Below are positions 49,280-58,719 of a DNA stretch of 64,000 bases, piece after piece (the stretch's first letter is position 1; each line of letters starts with the position of its first letter). The translations under genes and the position numbers were made by a program. Source of the DNA: Desulfatiglandales bacterium (GTDB lineage: Bacteria > Desulfobacterota > DSM-4660 > Desulfatiglandales > HGW-15). The stretch covers positions 128,001 to 192,000 of the forward strand of contig CAXXJJ010000001.1 of assembly GCA_963667015.2 (NCBI GenBank), in the 5' to 3' direction. The notes below the pieces were generated by a model, which searched no databases, had not been told where the DNA came from, and was given only the letters and a program-made list of their open reading frames with translations.

Positions 49280-49674
49280 CTCGATCCCTAACAAGTTATT
49301 CTAAAGATCCGTCTATCTTCACAATTTGAAGGTTATACGGAAAGATAGCGGATAATTATCTTGGGATTATATTTAAAAATGCCATTTTTTTGTGAGACTT
49401 GTGGATATTACACATTTTTGTATAAGTGATCAAGAAGGATAAATTCGGACGTCATTTCTCCTGAGTCCAGCTTTCGGGGAAAGGTTTTTGCATTAAAAAA
49501 TGTGCATCGTGCACATGGTGTTGTGCATCTTTAATTTTTTTTAAATCATCAAAACAAAACAGATTAATACCTTTTCATATCTATCAATGAGATCGAATGC
49601 CCTGCCATTACTGCCTTTTACTAATTTTCATCTTTGTCCGCATCAATATGGCATGAAGATTGTAATATCAAAAG

Positions 49675-49930
49675 CAGTCTGAAGCGGTTTAGGCTAAAGG
49701 CTGTTAGGAAATGCAAAATACACTTAATAGTTTTCAACCTATTAAACAGCTTCATACTGTTTTTATAGCACCTCTGAATTAAAATAAATTCAAATTTATA
49801 AGTTTTATCAGCATTGCCATAGGCCATGTAAAAACCCTGTCAGCAATCCATGGACCGGCAAAGCCCTGGTGACGGCGGCAGTCCAACAGCATTCTTCCTA
49901 ACAGTCTTCAGACTAACAGCCTTCAGTCTG
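49675..49930. repeat. Inverted pair of CTGAAGGCTGTTAGG-family repeats
   Basis: ..GGCTAAAGGCTGTTAGGAA (~49690-49710) / TTCCTAACAGTCTTCAGACTAACAGCCTTCAGTCTG (~49895-49930). Confidence 0.7.
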
Positions 49931-49953
49931 ATTCAAAGAGAAAGGAAACGATC

Positions 49954-51366
49954 ATGAGCAAAGCAGAAACAGTAAAGATTGAAGACATTATCCTGGATTA
50001 TTCTATCTATCCCAGAAACAGCATAGATCACAAACGGGTCTCAATGTTTGAAGAAAATATGAGAGATGGTTTCGAGTTTGACCCAATTCATTTACAGGCG
50101 CACCCTGATGAACCGGGCAAATACCGCATTCTGGATGGCGCTCACAGGTTTCAGGCATATAAAAGTATCGGTGAAAAAGATGTTTGTGCAGAGATTATAA
50201 ACCTAAATGGAAAGTCCCCCCTGCTCTATGCCGCACAAAAGGCCATAGGTCCGAGGCAGCTCAATGATGATGAAGCCAGAATAACTGCGAGACGTGCATA
50301 TCTGGAAAATCCGAAACTTAGTTCGGAAGAGATAGGTAAAGATGTCGGACGATCAAGACAGACTGTTGATGGTTATATCTCCGATCTGAGGGCAACGAAT
50401 CTGGCTAAAACCGATTTAAAGATATTTCATATGACAAAATTAGGTCTGCCCCAGGAAAGAATTGCAAATATTCTCTCAACTCCAAGAAAAACTGTTAATA
50501 ACCATTTGGCCAAAATGCCGATACTGGCAAAATGGCCAAATAGCGATCTTGAAGCCGGGTTCACTGTTCCTCAGGTCGCCGAAAAGCACGGCTGGCCTGA
50601 ACCTCTGGTCTGGGCGCTTAAACTCGAAGGAAAAGATGACATGACCAGATACCAGAAATTACAGTGGGGAATCAGGACCTGGGATGACTGGAAATGGACC
50701 GATTGTGATAAAAGATTCGGAAATGAATGGCCCGGAAGGATACCTGCACAACTTGTTGCTCACATTCTTTATTTTTTCTCCGGACAGAATGATCTTGTAT
50801 TTGATCCAATGGCAGGCGGAGGGGTAGTGGCTGATACATGCCTGGCATTCAATCGACGCTGCTGGAGTTTCGATATGGTGGATAGAATGGATGAGCGGCC
50901 GGAGATAGAACAACATTTCTGGGACAGGCATAATCTCAAATGGCCGGTCAACGGAAAGACAAAACCGGACCTTATAATATTTGATCCGCCTTACTTCAGT
51001 AAAAAGGCAAAGGAATACGAAGAGGAAAGCATATCGAATCTTTCAAAGGAAGATTACCTGGACTTTCTGGAAAGGTTCTTTAGATTAGCCCATGAGAATA
51101 GTAAAAAAGATACAAGGCTTGCCATGATAAACGCGGACTGGAGGGATTTTCAGGGCACACCTGCAATGGATGAAGTGAGGAAGAATTCCATCCTTATAAA
51201 TGACTATCTTAATGTAATGGCAAAATCAGGCTGGGAAGAAATCCATATCATGTGGGCTCCAATGTCATCGGAGAGGTTTCATGCGGGTGTTGTGGCTTCT
51301 ATGCAGAAAAAGAAGATACTGGGTGTTACGAATCGCTACGTCATCGTAGCTAGAAAAGCAGGCTGA
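49954..51366 (+). CDS. ParB/Srx-domain + HTH + amino-DNA methyltransferase fusion
   Basis: ILDGAHRFQA; two HTH-like segments; FDPMAGGG (motif I) then FDPPY (motif IV). Confidence 0.85.
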   Translation: MSKAETVKIEDIILDYSIYPRNSIDHKRVSMFEENMRDGFEFDPIHLQAHPDEPGKYRILDGAHRFQAYKSIGEKDVCAEIINLNGKSPLLYAAQKAIGPRQLNDDEARITARRAYLENPKLSSEEIGKDVGRSRQTVDGYISDLRATNLAKTDLKIFHMTKLGLPQERIANILSTPRKTVNNHLAKMPILAKWPNSDLEAGFTVPQVAEKHGWPEPLVWALKLEGKDDMTRYQKLQWGIRTWDDWKWTDCDKRFGNEWPGRIPAQLVAHILYFFSGQNDLVFDPMAGGGVVADTCLAFNRRCWSFDMVDRMDERPEIEQHFWDRHNLKWPVNGKTKPDLIIFDPPYFSKKAKEYEEESISNLSKEDYLDFLERFFRLAHENSKKDTRLAMINADWRDFQGTPAMDEVRKNSILINDYLNVMAKSGWEEIHIMWAPMSSERFHAGVVASMQKKKILGVTNRYVIVARKAG

Positions 51367-51459
51367 CGAAAAACAGACTGAAGGGGTTTAGGCTATAGGC
51401 TGTAGCAAATGCAATATAAAAACTAACAGCCTTCAGTCTAAAAAGCTTCAGCCTGTCTT

Positions 51460-52260
51460 TTAACTCTCCCTGTATCCCCCAGGTACCGGCACACCATCAA
51501 CATAAACCCTGTTCCGGTCATCAAATGCAAACCTTCCTTCTGCTATCATCTCTATTGTCTTAGGAAAAATAACCCAGTCGCCCTTTTCCTTTAGTTTTTC
51601 CTGGTGTTCATCAACCACCCTGTTCAGAAGATCCTTATCTTTTTTAAGGGAATCAATGGGCCCGGGCAGGTTTACTTCAACCGGGTCCGAGACCATGAGG
51701 AGCGGGCCGGTGTCAACGCCCTGATCCGTCCACAGGGTTGAAGCCCTGAGACTCGTCTCCCCGTCTACTATGGCGTCCAGTACCGCATGGTCACCCGTAT
51801 ATTTCCTTTTGTTATCAGATGTTAAAACGGAAAGATCTGCAGGATGAACATTAACGCATCTTTCGATTGTTGTCACACTCATATATCCGCCCAGGGCGAT
51901 CAGGTTGATATCAAATGCATCAACAAGGGTTTGTGCAATCCTGTCATATTTTCTCCTGGTCTCAAGGCCCTCAGGAGAAGCAACTGTCCTGCCTGCTCCG
52001 CGAATGCTGTGAAATTTGCGTATATCATAACTGAAATATGGCAGCCCGTTTTCAAGGGCGATTTTTTCTCCCTGACATTTACCGTCTGACCTGTCGCTGA
52101 ATATGAATACAACATGAAAGGGAGATTTTCCCTTCTCTCTGATCAGCTCATTTTCCCTTTTTAAAAGCATCCTTATATTGCTTCCGGAGCCTGACATAAA
52201 GGCTGCGACCTTCATAGGTCCTTCATTCTGTTCAGGGTTATAAAAGGGCTTAAGATCCAT
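51460..52260 (-). CDS. purN: Phosphoribosylglycinamide formyltransferase-like
   Basis: MSGSGSN, LGGYM, NVHPADL, VDTGP. Confidence 0.75.
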   Translation of the reverse strand: MDLKPFYNPEQNEGPMKVAAFMSGSGSNIRMLLKRENELIREKGKSPFHVVFIFSDRSDGKCQGEKIALENGLPYFSYDIRKFHSIRGAGRTVASPEGLETRRKYDRIAQTLVDAFDINLIALGGYMSVTTIERCVNVHPADLSVLTSDNKRKYTGDHAVLDAIVDGETSLRASTLWTDQGVDTGPLLMVSDPVEVNLPGPIDSLKKDKDLLNRVVDEHQEKLKEKGDWVIFPKTIEMIAEGRFAFDDRNRVYVDGVPVPGGYRES

Positions 52261-52465
52261 GGCATACCTCATTTCATTTTGTGGACAGGCCTGAAGCCAT
52301 CCGATTTTATTAAACATTTTGACATTAAAGCCAAAGTATTAATATATTGTTTCTTTTTCTTTATCAACCCCGTTTAAGTCACTTTATATTTATTAAAAAA
52401 AAGCTATAATGGGCGAAATTTTCAGGCGTACACAATTTTTAAAATTAATGTTAATAAGAAGATAA

Positions 52466-53266
52466 ATGTATCTAGATTACTGGCGATTCAAAAAATTCCC
52501 ATTTGAAAATGTGCCTGATCCGGACTTTTTCTATCTCTCAAACTCTCATGAAGAGGGGCTCACACGATTTATTTATGCTGCCCGGATGAGAAAAGGCAGT
52601 GCCATGCTGTCCGGTGAGATAGGATGCGGTAAAACAACCCTTTCAATGCTCTTTGTCAGGGACCTCCCTGAAGACAAGTATGATATAGGAATAGTCATAA
52701 ACCCCAAACTTGATTCCAATGAGTTCATCCAGGAAATTTTATATCAGTTCGGCATCCCGGAAATCCCTGATTCAAAGGTAAAATGCCTGAGACTGCTCAA
52801 TGAAAAAATGCTGGCAAATCTGGATGCCGGTAAGGAAACACTCCTGATAATTGATGAGGCGCAGCTGCTCGATGAATCAACCTTTGAAGATCTGAGGCTG
52901 CTGCTCAATTTCCAGCTGAACAACAGGTTTCTAATGACCATAATTCTTATAGGTCAGCCTGAACTGGTACGCAAGGTGAAAAACATAGAACAGCTGGATC
53001 AAAGAATCGCAATAAAATACCACCTTACACCCTTTGATTTTAAAGAGACTGAGAGGTATATTGTCTTCAGACAGCAGAAGGCAGGAGGGAGAGACAATGT
53101 TTTCTCTGATGAGGCAATAGAAAAAATATTTGAACACACAGGGGGTGTTCCAAGAAAAATTAACAACCTGTGTGATCTGTCTCTTTTGATAGGCTCCAGC
53201 GCAGGGGAAAATATAATAAATAAAAAAATTGTGGAGAGAATAATCAGCGATGGTGCGATTTTCTGA
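52466..53266 (+). CDS. ExeA/GspA-like AAA ATPase
   Basis: PFENVPDPDFFY, GEIGCGKT, IIDEAQ, LIGQPEL, GVPRKIN. Confidence 0.9.
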   Translation: MYLDYWRFKKFPFENVPDPDFFYLSNSHEEGLTRFIYAARMRKGSAMLSGEIGCGKTTLSMLFVRDLPEDKYDIGIVINPKLDSNEFIQEILYQFGIPEIPDSKVKCLRLLNEKMLANLDAGKETLLIIDEAQLLDESTFEDLRLLLNFQLNNRFLMTIILIGQPELVRKVKNIEQLDQRIAIKYHLTPFDFKETERYIVFRQQKAGGRDNVFSDEAIEKIFEHTGGVPRKINNLCDLSLLIGSSAGENIINKKIVERIISDGAIF

Positions 53267-54323
53267 CATAATAAAGACAAAGGGTAAAAAGGGTGAGACA
53301 GGAAAGCCGCCCGAACCTGCAAAGCAGGGAAAGGGTTTCAGGCTTAGTGATTCCTGGTTTTTCAAATCCCGCAACCTGGATACCCTTTCTCCTAAAAAGG
53401 TCCTGAGAAGAGCAAGCTCCTTCGAGGCTGAGAGCTTTTACCACTCCTTTGTAGACAGGGCCAGGGAAACAGGCCAGTGGGTAAAAAATGATATGCAGAT
53501 CAGCCCCTCTCCGATCCTTTCCGATCTGCACGCGGTTGTGGAGAAGGATCTCATTGACAGTCTCTATAAATATGTCATGTCAGTAAAAAATGAGGCGGAG
53601 GATATATTTACCCATACTGTGGATGTTACATTCACATCACTCAAGATAGGAAAGGGCATGAATTATGACATCAAGATGATGTTAAAACTTGGTCTTGCCG
53701 CTTTTCTGGAAAATGTGGGGATGTATAAAATTCCGGAAGATATTCTTTCAGTCAAAGGAAAATTATCGGAAAGTGATCTCACGCTCATCAGAAAACATCC
53801 TGAAACCAGTTATGATCTTCTGATGACTCTTGGCGACAGATATACATGGCTTGCTGAAGCGGCTCTCAGTACACATGAGAGAGCTGATGGTTCGGGATAT
53901 CCCTCCGGATTAAAGGAGGCTGAAATTCCTGAACTCTCAGCAGTTATCGGGCTTGCCGATATCTACTGCGCCATGATCAGGAACAGACCTTACAGAGATA
54001 AGTTCACCCGGACAGATGCAGTAAATTCCATAATACAGGCAGACAGATGGAAATTTCCTTCGAAGATCCTGAAGATTTTTTTAAAACAGATCTCACTGTT
54101 TCCCGTTAACTCATGGGTAAAACTCAACAATGGCCAGATAGGGAGGGTCCTGTTTACTGACAGGCGTCACCCCCTTAGCCCTGTGATTGAAATATTATAT
54201 AACGATAAACAGGAAAAACTGGATGAAAGGAAGGAGATATCCCTGACAGATGATCCCTTATTGTATATAGAGGGCTGGATTGACCCGGATGAACTGGTAC
54301 AGGAAGGAGGTCCTATTGAGTAA
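53250..54323 (+). CDS. HD-GYP family protein with degenerate HD site
   Basis: HERADGSGYP and RPYR present; the LHD(V/I)G position reads LENVG. Confidence 0.85.
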   Translation: MVRFSDIIKTKGKKGETGKPPEPAKQGKGFRLSDSWFFKSRNLDTLSPKKVLRRASSFEAESFYHSFVDRARETGQWVKNDMQISPSPILSDLHAVVEKDLIDSLYKYVMSVKNEAEDIFTHTVDVTFTSLKIGKGMNYDIKMMLKLGLAAFLENVGMYKIPEDILSVKGKLSESDLTLIRKHPETSYDLLMTLGDRYTWLAEAALSTHERADGSGYPSGLKEAEIPELSAVIGLADIYCAMIRNRPYRDKFTRTDAVNSIIQADRWKFPSKILKIFLKQISLFPVNSWVKLNNGQIGRVLFTDRRHPLSPVIEILYNDKQEKLDERKEISLTDDPLLYIEGWIDPDELVQEGGPIE

Positions 54324-56997
54324 GCTCAACCTGATTATTGCGAGATTGTGGCGAATCGTAGAAAAAAGAAGGCGCATGATTATTTACACAGCGGCCGTGC
54401 TGCTTATTTTAAGTGCCGCCTATTCCGCCCGGAAGATCTTCTCCCCTCTCTACAAATCCACATGCAGCATTAAGTTTGAAAAAGAGGCTGCTGTTGGGGG
54501 CCTTTTTTCAAAGATATTATCATCGCCCGAGGCTGATGATATAGAGACACAACAGGTGATAATTACAAGTTATGACCTGCTGGTCGAGGTTGCAGGAAAT
54601 CTTTCATTATTACCCCGGGCAGGATCAATAAATGCGCCGGAAGTGTATGCTGTTATTGGTGACCTGAGATCAAAGGTAACCTTTGAAAAGGAAGATGCCT
54701 CAAATATAATCCATATAAGTGTAACAGACAAAGACCCCGCCTTTGCACAGAAACTGGCAAATGAACTGGCAGAGACCTACATCAGGCAGCAGTCCGGGCA
54801 ACAGCAAAGCCGCCTGAAAGAGGTTATTAAATATATTGAAGAGCAGCTGAAAACAACAAAAGAAAACCTTGAAAAATCAGAGGAACAGTTAAACCGCTTC
54901 AGCCAGGATAACCAGATTATATTAATCGATCACCAGAGTGGAAATCTTCTTTTACGTAAAAAGGAACTGGAAGACGCGATTCGTATTGAAAAAGATTCTG
55001 GGGAAAAAGACAAACTTGAACAGAATATCCAGGAAGTTGATTCAAAAATCAATGACCTGATGGATAAGCAGCTAGAATTTAACCGGCTGAAAAAAGAGGT
55101 TGATGATTCCGGAAGCATGGCCTCCTTTCTTGAAGAAAAAAAACAGGATGCCATGATCAGGCTTGCTGAAAAACCGAACGTGGTCGAGATTGTAAAACGG
55201 GCACAGCTTCCATCCGAACCTGTTAATCCGCCGGACATTGTGAAGACATGCCTGGCAGGATTGATTGCAGGGGCTCTCCTTGGACTGATATTAGCCCTGT
55301 TATCAGAGATCTTTTCGGGTCAGGTCAGACTTATTGATGAAATTGAAAAAAACCTCGGGCTCAAGGTTCTTGGAGTTATTCCTCAGACATTCAGGAAAAA
55401 AGTAATTGAGGGTCTCAAGAAAGAACCGGATGAGTCAGCCGGCAGAATGTATATCAACCTGGTATCACATTTTGCCCCGAAAACCATGATCTCGGAGAGT
55501 GTCAGGGCACTGAGGACCAATGTCCTGATTGCCGGAGGGCATGAAAAGGCAAAGACAATAGTTATTACGAGCAGTTATCCCCGGGAAGGCAAGTCTATGG
55601 TTTCGGCCAACCTGGCAATTAGCCTTGCTCAGGCAGGTTTAAAGACGCTCCTTGTGGAGGCAGACTTTAGAAGTCCTGTACTGGGTAGTATATTTTCCAT
55701 AGAAGATGGTCAGGGCCTGACAGAGATTCTCCTCGGTTACTGCCCCTGGGAGGATGCCCTGAATACTGTTACCGACATGATCATGGGGCAAATGACCATG
55801 GACGATCTTATGCTGACTCCCGGCTTTGATAACCTGAATATTATAACGAGCGGTTCAATTCCCGCCAATCCTGCCGAGCTGATCAATTCTCAGCGGTTTA
55901 TCGAGTTTATTGAAGAGGTTAAAGAAGAGTATGACATTATCGTCCTTGACTCTGCCCCGGTTCTTACCACTGCTGATACAGCAATCCTGGGAGTTCAGGT
56001 AGACGCACTTCTTGTTGTATACAGGCCCGAACTGGTATCCCGGGAAGTGCTGAAAAGAACATCCGATCAGCTTAAGCAGGCAAAATGTAATATACTGGGT
56101 GTTATCCTTAATGGTGTTAAGGCTGAGCTTATTCCTGACGCCCTTAGAAATAAATACTCCCGGAGAAATACTGCCAGTGCTTTAGCCGTGAAACAGGAAA
56201 CAACAGCAGCGGTAAATAAAAAGAAAAACAGGATAAGTAAGGCAATCATCTCCCTTGCAGTAATAATACTGATAGCATCAGGAATATTGTGGCAGACGGG
56301 AATTATTTTCCCTGAAAATAATTCACTCCCGGAATCTGACATAAGTATGAGTCAGGAAATCCCTGAAAAAATCGAACCTGTAGAAAAAGAGACATTGCCT
56401 GAGAAAGAAGAAAACACATTTGAAGGCGAAAATATTTCGGTTGACGAAGAAATAGAGAAAGAGTCTCCTTCTCCGGCAGTCGAATCAATAGAAACAGCGG
56501 AAGAGAAAAAGAGCGCACCGGAAGAGGTCATACCCGAATACAGGGAAGGAAGTTATCCATACTCTGTTTATCTTGGTTCCTATAAAACTATGGAAAGGGC
56601 AGAAACTGCTGTCCGCATATATGCCGACAGGGGGATCGACTCATATCCCGTGAAACTGGATTTTGCTGAAAAGGGCATATGGTACAGAGTCTATTCCGGC
56701 TATTACCCTGATGCGGAGAGCGCCAGGATATTTATAGAAGAAAATGATATAGAGGACGCTGAGGTAAAAAAGACCGCATATGCATGTTATATTGGCAGCT
56801 TTACTGATGATGAAGCACTTCAGAACACCATGAATCTTCTGACGCAAAAAAAATATTTTCCCTATGTCATAACAACAGACCATACTGACAATGTTCGTTT
56901 CCTCTTTGCCGGTGGATTTTACTCCGGAAATGATGCAGATAATTTGAGTAAAGAGTTAAGCGGGGATAGCATTGAGAACAGGGTGGTGGAACGGTAA
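54316..56997 (+). CDS. Wzc/BY-kinase-like co-polymerase with extra TM and C-terminal SPOR-like domains
   Basis: Wzz-like N-half, ESVRALRTN, Walker A SSYPREGKS, EADFR, LDSAP; then TM, acidic linker, YSVYLGSY..WYRVYSGYY; TTG start after AGGAGG. Confidence 0.85.
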   Translation: MSKLNLIIARLWRIVEKRRRMIIYTAAVLLILSAAYSARKIFSPLYKSTCSIKFEKEAAVGGLFSKILSSPEADDIETQQVIITSYDLLVEVAGNLSLLPRAGSINAPEVYAVIGDLRSKVTFEKEDASNIIHISVTDKDPAFAQKLANELAETYIRQQSGQQQSRLKEVIKYIEEQLKTTKENLEKSEEQLNRFSQDNQIILIDHQSGNLLLRKKELEDAIRIEKDSGEKDKLEQNIQEVDSKINDLMDKQLEFNRLKKEVDDSGSMASFLEEKKQDAMIRLAEKPNVVEIVKRAQLPSEPVNPPDIVKTCLAGLIAGALLGLILALLSEIFSGQVRLIDEIEKNLGLKVLGVIPQTFRKKVIEGLKKEPDESAGRMYINLVSHFAPKTMISESVRALRTNVLIAGGHEKAKTIVITSSYPREGKSMVSANLAISLAQAGLKTLLVEADFRSPVLGSIFSIEDGQGLTEILLGYCPWEDALNTVTDMIMGQMTMDDLMLTPGFDNLNIITSGSIPANPAELINSQRFIEFIEEVKEEYDIIVLDSAPVLTTADTAILGVQVDALLVVYRPELVSREVLKRTSDQLKQAKCNILGVILNGVKAELIPDALRNKYSRRNTASALAVKQETTAAVNKKKNRISKAIISLAVIILIASGILWQTGIIFPENNSLPESDISMSQEIPEKIEPVEKETLPEKEENTFEGENISVDEEIEKESPSPAVESIETAEEKKSAPEEVIPEYREGSYPYSVYLGSYKTMERAETAVRIYADRGIDSYPVKLDFAEKGIWYRVYSGYYPDAESARIFIEENDIEDAEVKKTAYACYIGSFTDDEALQNTMNLLTQKKYFPYVITTDHTDNVRFLFAGGFYSGNDADNLSKELSGDSIENRVVER

Positions 56998-57003
56998 CAA
57001 ACG

Positions 57004-57089
57004 AAGGGTTCAAGGTTTCAAGGGGTCGAGTGAAAGACTCAATGCTTCAACAAACAAACACCTGAACCCTCGGCCCCTCGAACCCTTTC
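57004..57089. repeat. Inverted 8-mer-periodic repeat between convergent genes
   Basis: AAGGGTTCAAGGTTTCAAGGGGTCGAGTG / CACCTGAACCCTCGGCCCCTCGAACCCTT. Confidence 0.65.
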
Positions 57090-57094
57090 TTTTC

Positions 57095-58084
57095 TTACTT
57101 CTCCTCAACCTCCAGCCCAAGCTGCTTTATCATTTCCAGGTCATCATCAAGTGATCTGCCGTCAGTGGTCAGATAGTTACCGGTCATTGTCCCGCTGGCA
57201 CCTGCATAAAAAATGAGAGGATGCAGCTCCTTAAGATTCTTCTCTCTACCGCCGCAGATAATAATCTGCTTATGTGGCAGGAAATACCTGAAAAAGGCAG
57301 TTATCTTAAGGCATTTTGACGGGGAAAGCGTATGAACTGTCCCGTAGGGCGTCCCCTTTATGGGTACTAAAAAATTGATCGGAACAGCATCAACATCCAG
57401 CGCCTTTATATCAAGGGCTATCTCAAGTATCTGCTCGTCTGTCTCACCAACACCGAATATGCCTCCGACACATATTTCCATGCCCTGATTTTTCGCTGCC
57501 CTTATTGTATCGATTCTCTCATCATAGGTGTGTGTGGTGCATACCTCTTTAAAAAGACTCCGGCTTGTCTCAAGGTTGTGATGATACCTGGTTATGCCTG
57601 CATCCTTAAGAAGCTTTAGTTCTTCATCCTTTAGAATACCAAGGGAGACACATTTTTTTATCTTTGTATCATCAAGCTCTCTCATGGCATCCGCAACCGC
57701 CTCTACATCTTTGCGCGGGAGCCCTCTGCCCGTGGTAACTATTGAGTACCTGTTTATGGGTTTGTCCTGGGAAAACAGTCCGCCCTTCAGCAGTTCTTCC
57801 TTTTCAAGGATGGGATATACCGGGGCCTCGGTTTTGGAAAAGGAAGACTGAGAGCAGAACTTACAGTCCTCCGAACATTTTCCGGATTTGCCGTTGCATA
57901 TTGTACAGAGATGAATCTTTCTTCCGAAATAATTTTCTCTCAGCATACCTGCACCGGTAAGGATGCCCGGAAGATCGGCGTCAGGCGCCGACAGGATTTC
58001 CAGATATACCGAATTATCCGGAAGATCGCCTTCCAGCACCTCTTCTGCCAGATCAATATAGTATTTGCTGTTTTTCATAATCAT
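57095..58084 (-). CDS. bioB: Biotin synthase
   Basis: CSEDCKFCSQS, YHHNLETS, VPINFL. Confidence 0.96.
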   Translation of the reverse strand: MIMKNSKYYIDLAEEVLEGDLPDNSVYLEILSAPDADLPGILTGAGMLRENYFGRKIHLCTICNGKSGKCSEDCKFCSQSSFSKTEAPVYPILEKEELLKGGLFSQDKPINRYSIVTTGRGLPRKDVEAVADAMRELDDTKIKKCVSLGILKDEELKLLKDAGITRYHHNLETSRSLFKEVCTTHTYDERIDTIRAAKNQGMEICVGGIFGVGETDEQILEIALDIKALDVDAVPINFLVPIKGTPYGTVHTLSPSKCLKITAFFRYFLPHKQIIICGGREKNLKELHPLIFYAGASGTMTGNYLTTDGRSLDDDLEMIKQLGLEVEEK

Positions 58085-58719
58085 TATCCAAAGTGCTTTC
58101 TGAAGCCCTCTTTCAGGCTTTCAGGACTAATATCTTCAATGTTTTCAATTTCGGCAATCACCTTCACTTTACCAAAGGCCTCGATTGCATCACGGTTGCT
58201 GCGGCTCCTGGGTCCGTTCATTACAACACCAAGGATTTCTATCCCGTCAATTCTAAGCTGATTGACTGTTAAAAGTGTATGGTTGATTGTTCCGAGACCG
58301 CTTCTCGCTACAATAAGTGCAGGGGCATTGAACCTTTTTATAAGATCTATCATCAGTTCCCTTTCATTAAGGGGAACCAGCAGGCCTCCGGCACCTTCTA
58401 TTATTAATGTTTCATCATCCCCTGTTTCAGGAATTTTAAAATCATTCAGCTCAATACGGACGCCGTCCGCCTCGGCAGAGGCATGTGGTGACAGGGGCTG
58501 TTTGAGCCTGTAGGTTTCCGGAAAAAAGCGAGAATCATCAAGCCCTGTTTTTTCTTTGACCCAGTCCGTATCGGTAATATCCTCAAGTCCGCTCTGAACC
58601 GGCTTCCAGTATTTTGCCTCAAGACCCGTAAGAAGCATTGCAGATACAAGTGTTTTACCTATGCCAGTGTCTGTCCCTGTAATAAATATCCTGCCCGGAA
58701 ATATCATCCTTTGTGCCAC
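58084..58719 (-). CDS. bioD: Dethiobiotin synthase
   Basis: TGTDTGIGKT, KPVQSG, EGAGG, LGTINHT. Confidence 0.96.
   Translation of the reverse strand: MAQRMIFPGRIFITGTDTGIGKTLVSAMLLTGLEAKYWKPVQSGLEDITDTDWVKEKTGLDDSRFFPETYRLKQPLSPHASAEADGVRIELNDFKIPETGDDETLIIEGAGGLLVPLNERELMIDLIKRFNAPALIVARSGLGTINHTLLTVNQLRIDGIEILGVVMNGPRSRSNRDAIEAFGKVKVIAEIENIEDISPESLKEGFRKHFG

Larger units (their letters stand above)
46407..49292 (-). mobile_element. Second cassette array without integrase (CALIN-like, 3+ cassettes)
   Basis: attC at 47375-47436 and 48361-48427; first cassette starts G|TTAGGG at 49292, matching its R'' CCCTAAC. Confidence 0.85.
43525..51380. mobile_element. 7.8-kb island bounded by 22-bp direct repeats
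   Basis: CAGGCTGACGAAAAACAGACTG at 43525-43546 and 51359-51380. Confidence 0.65.

Noticed and set aside
49845..49890. c-di-GMP-I riboswitch-like GGCAAAGCC..GTGAC upstream of ParB-MTase
   Set aside because: Second stem and conserved GACGCAAAG element absent
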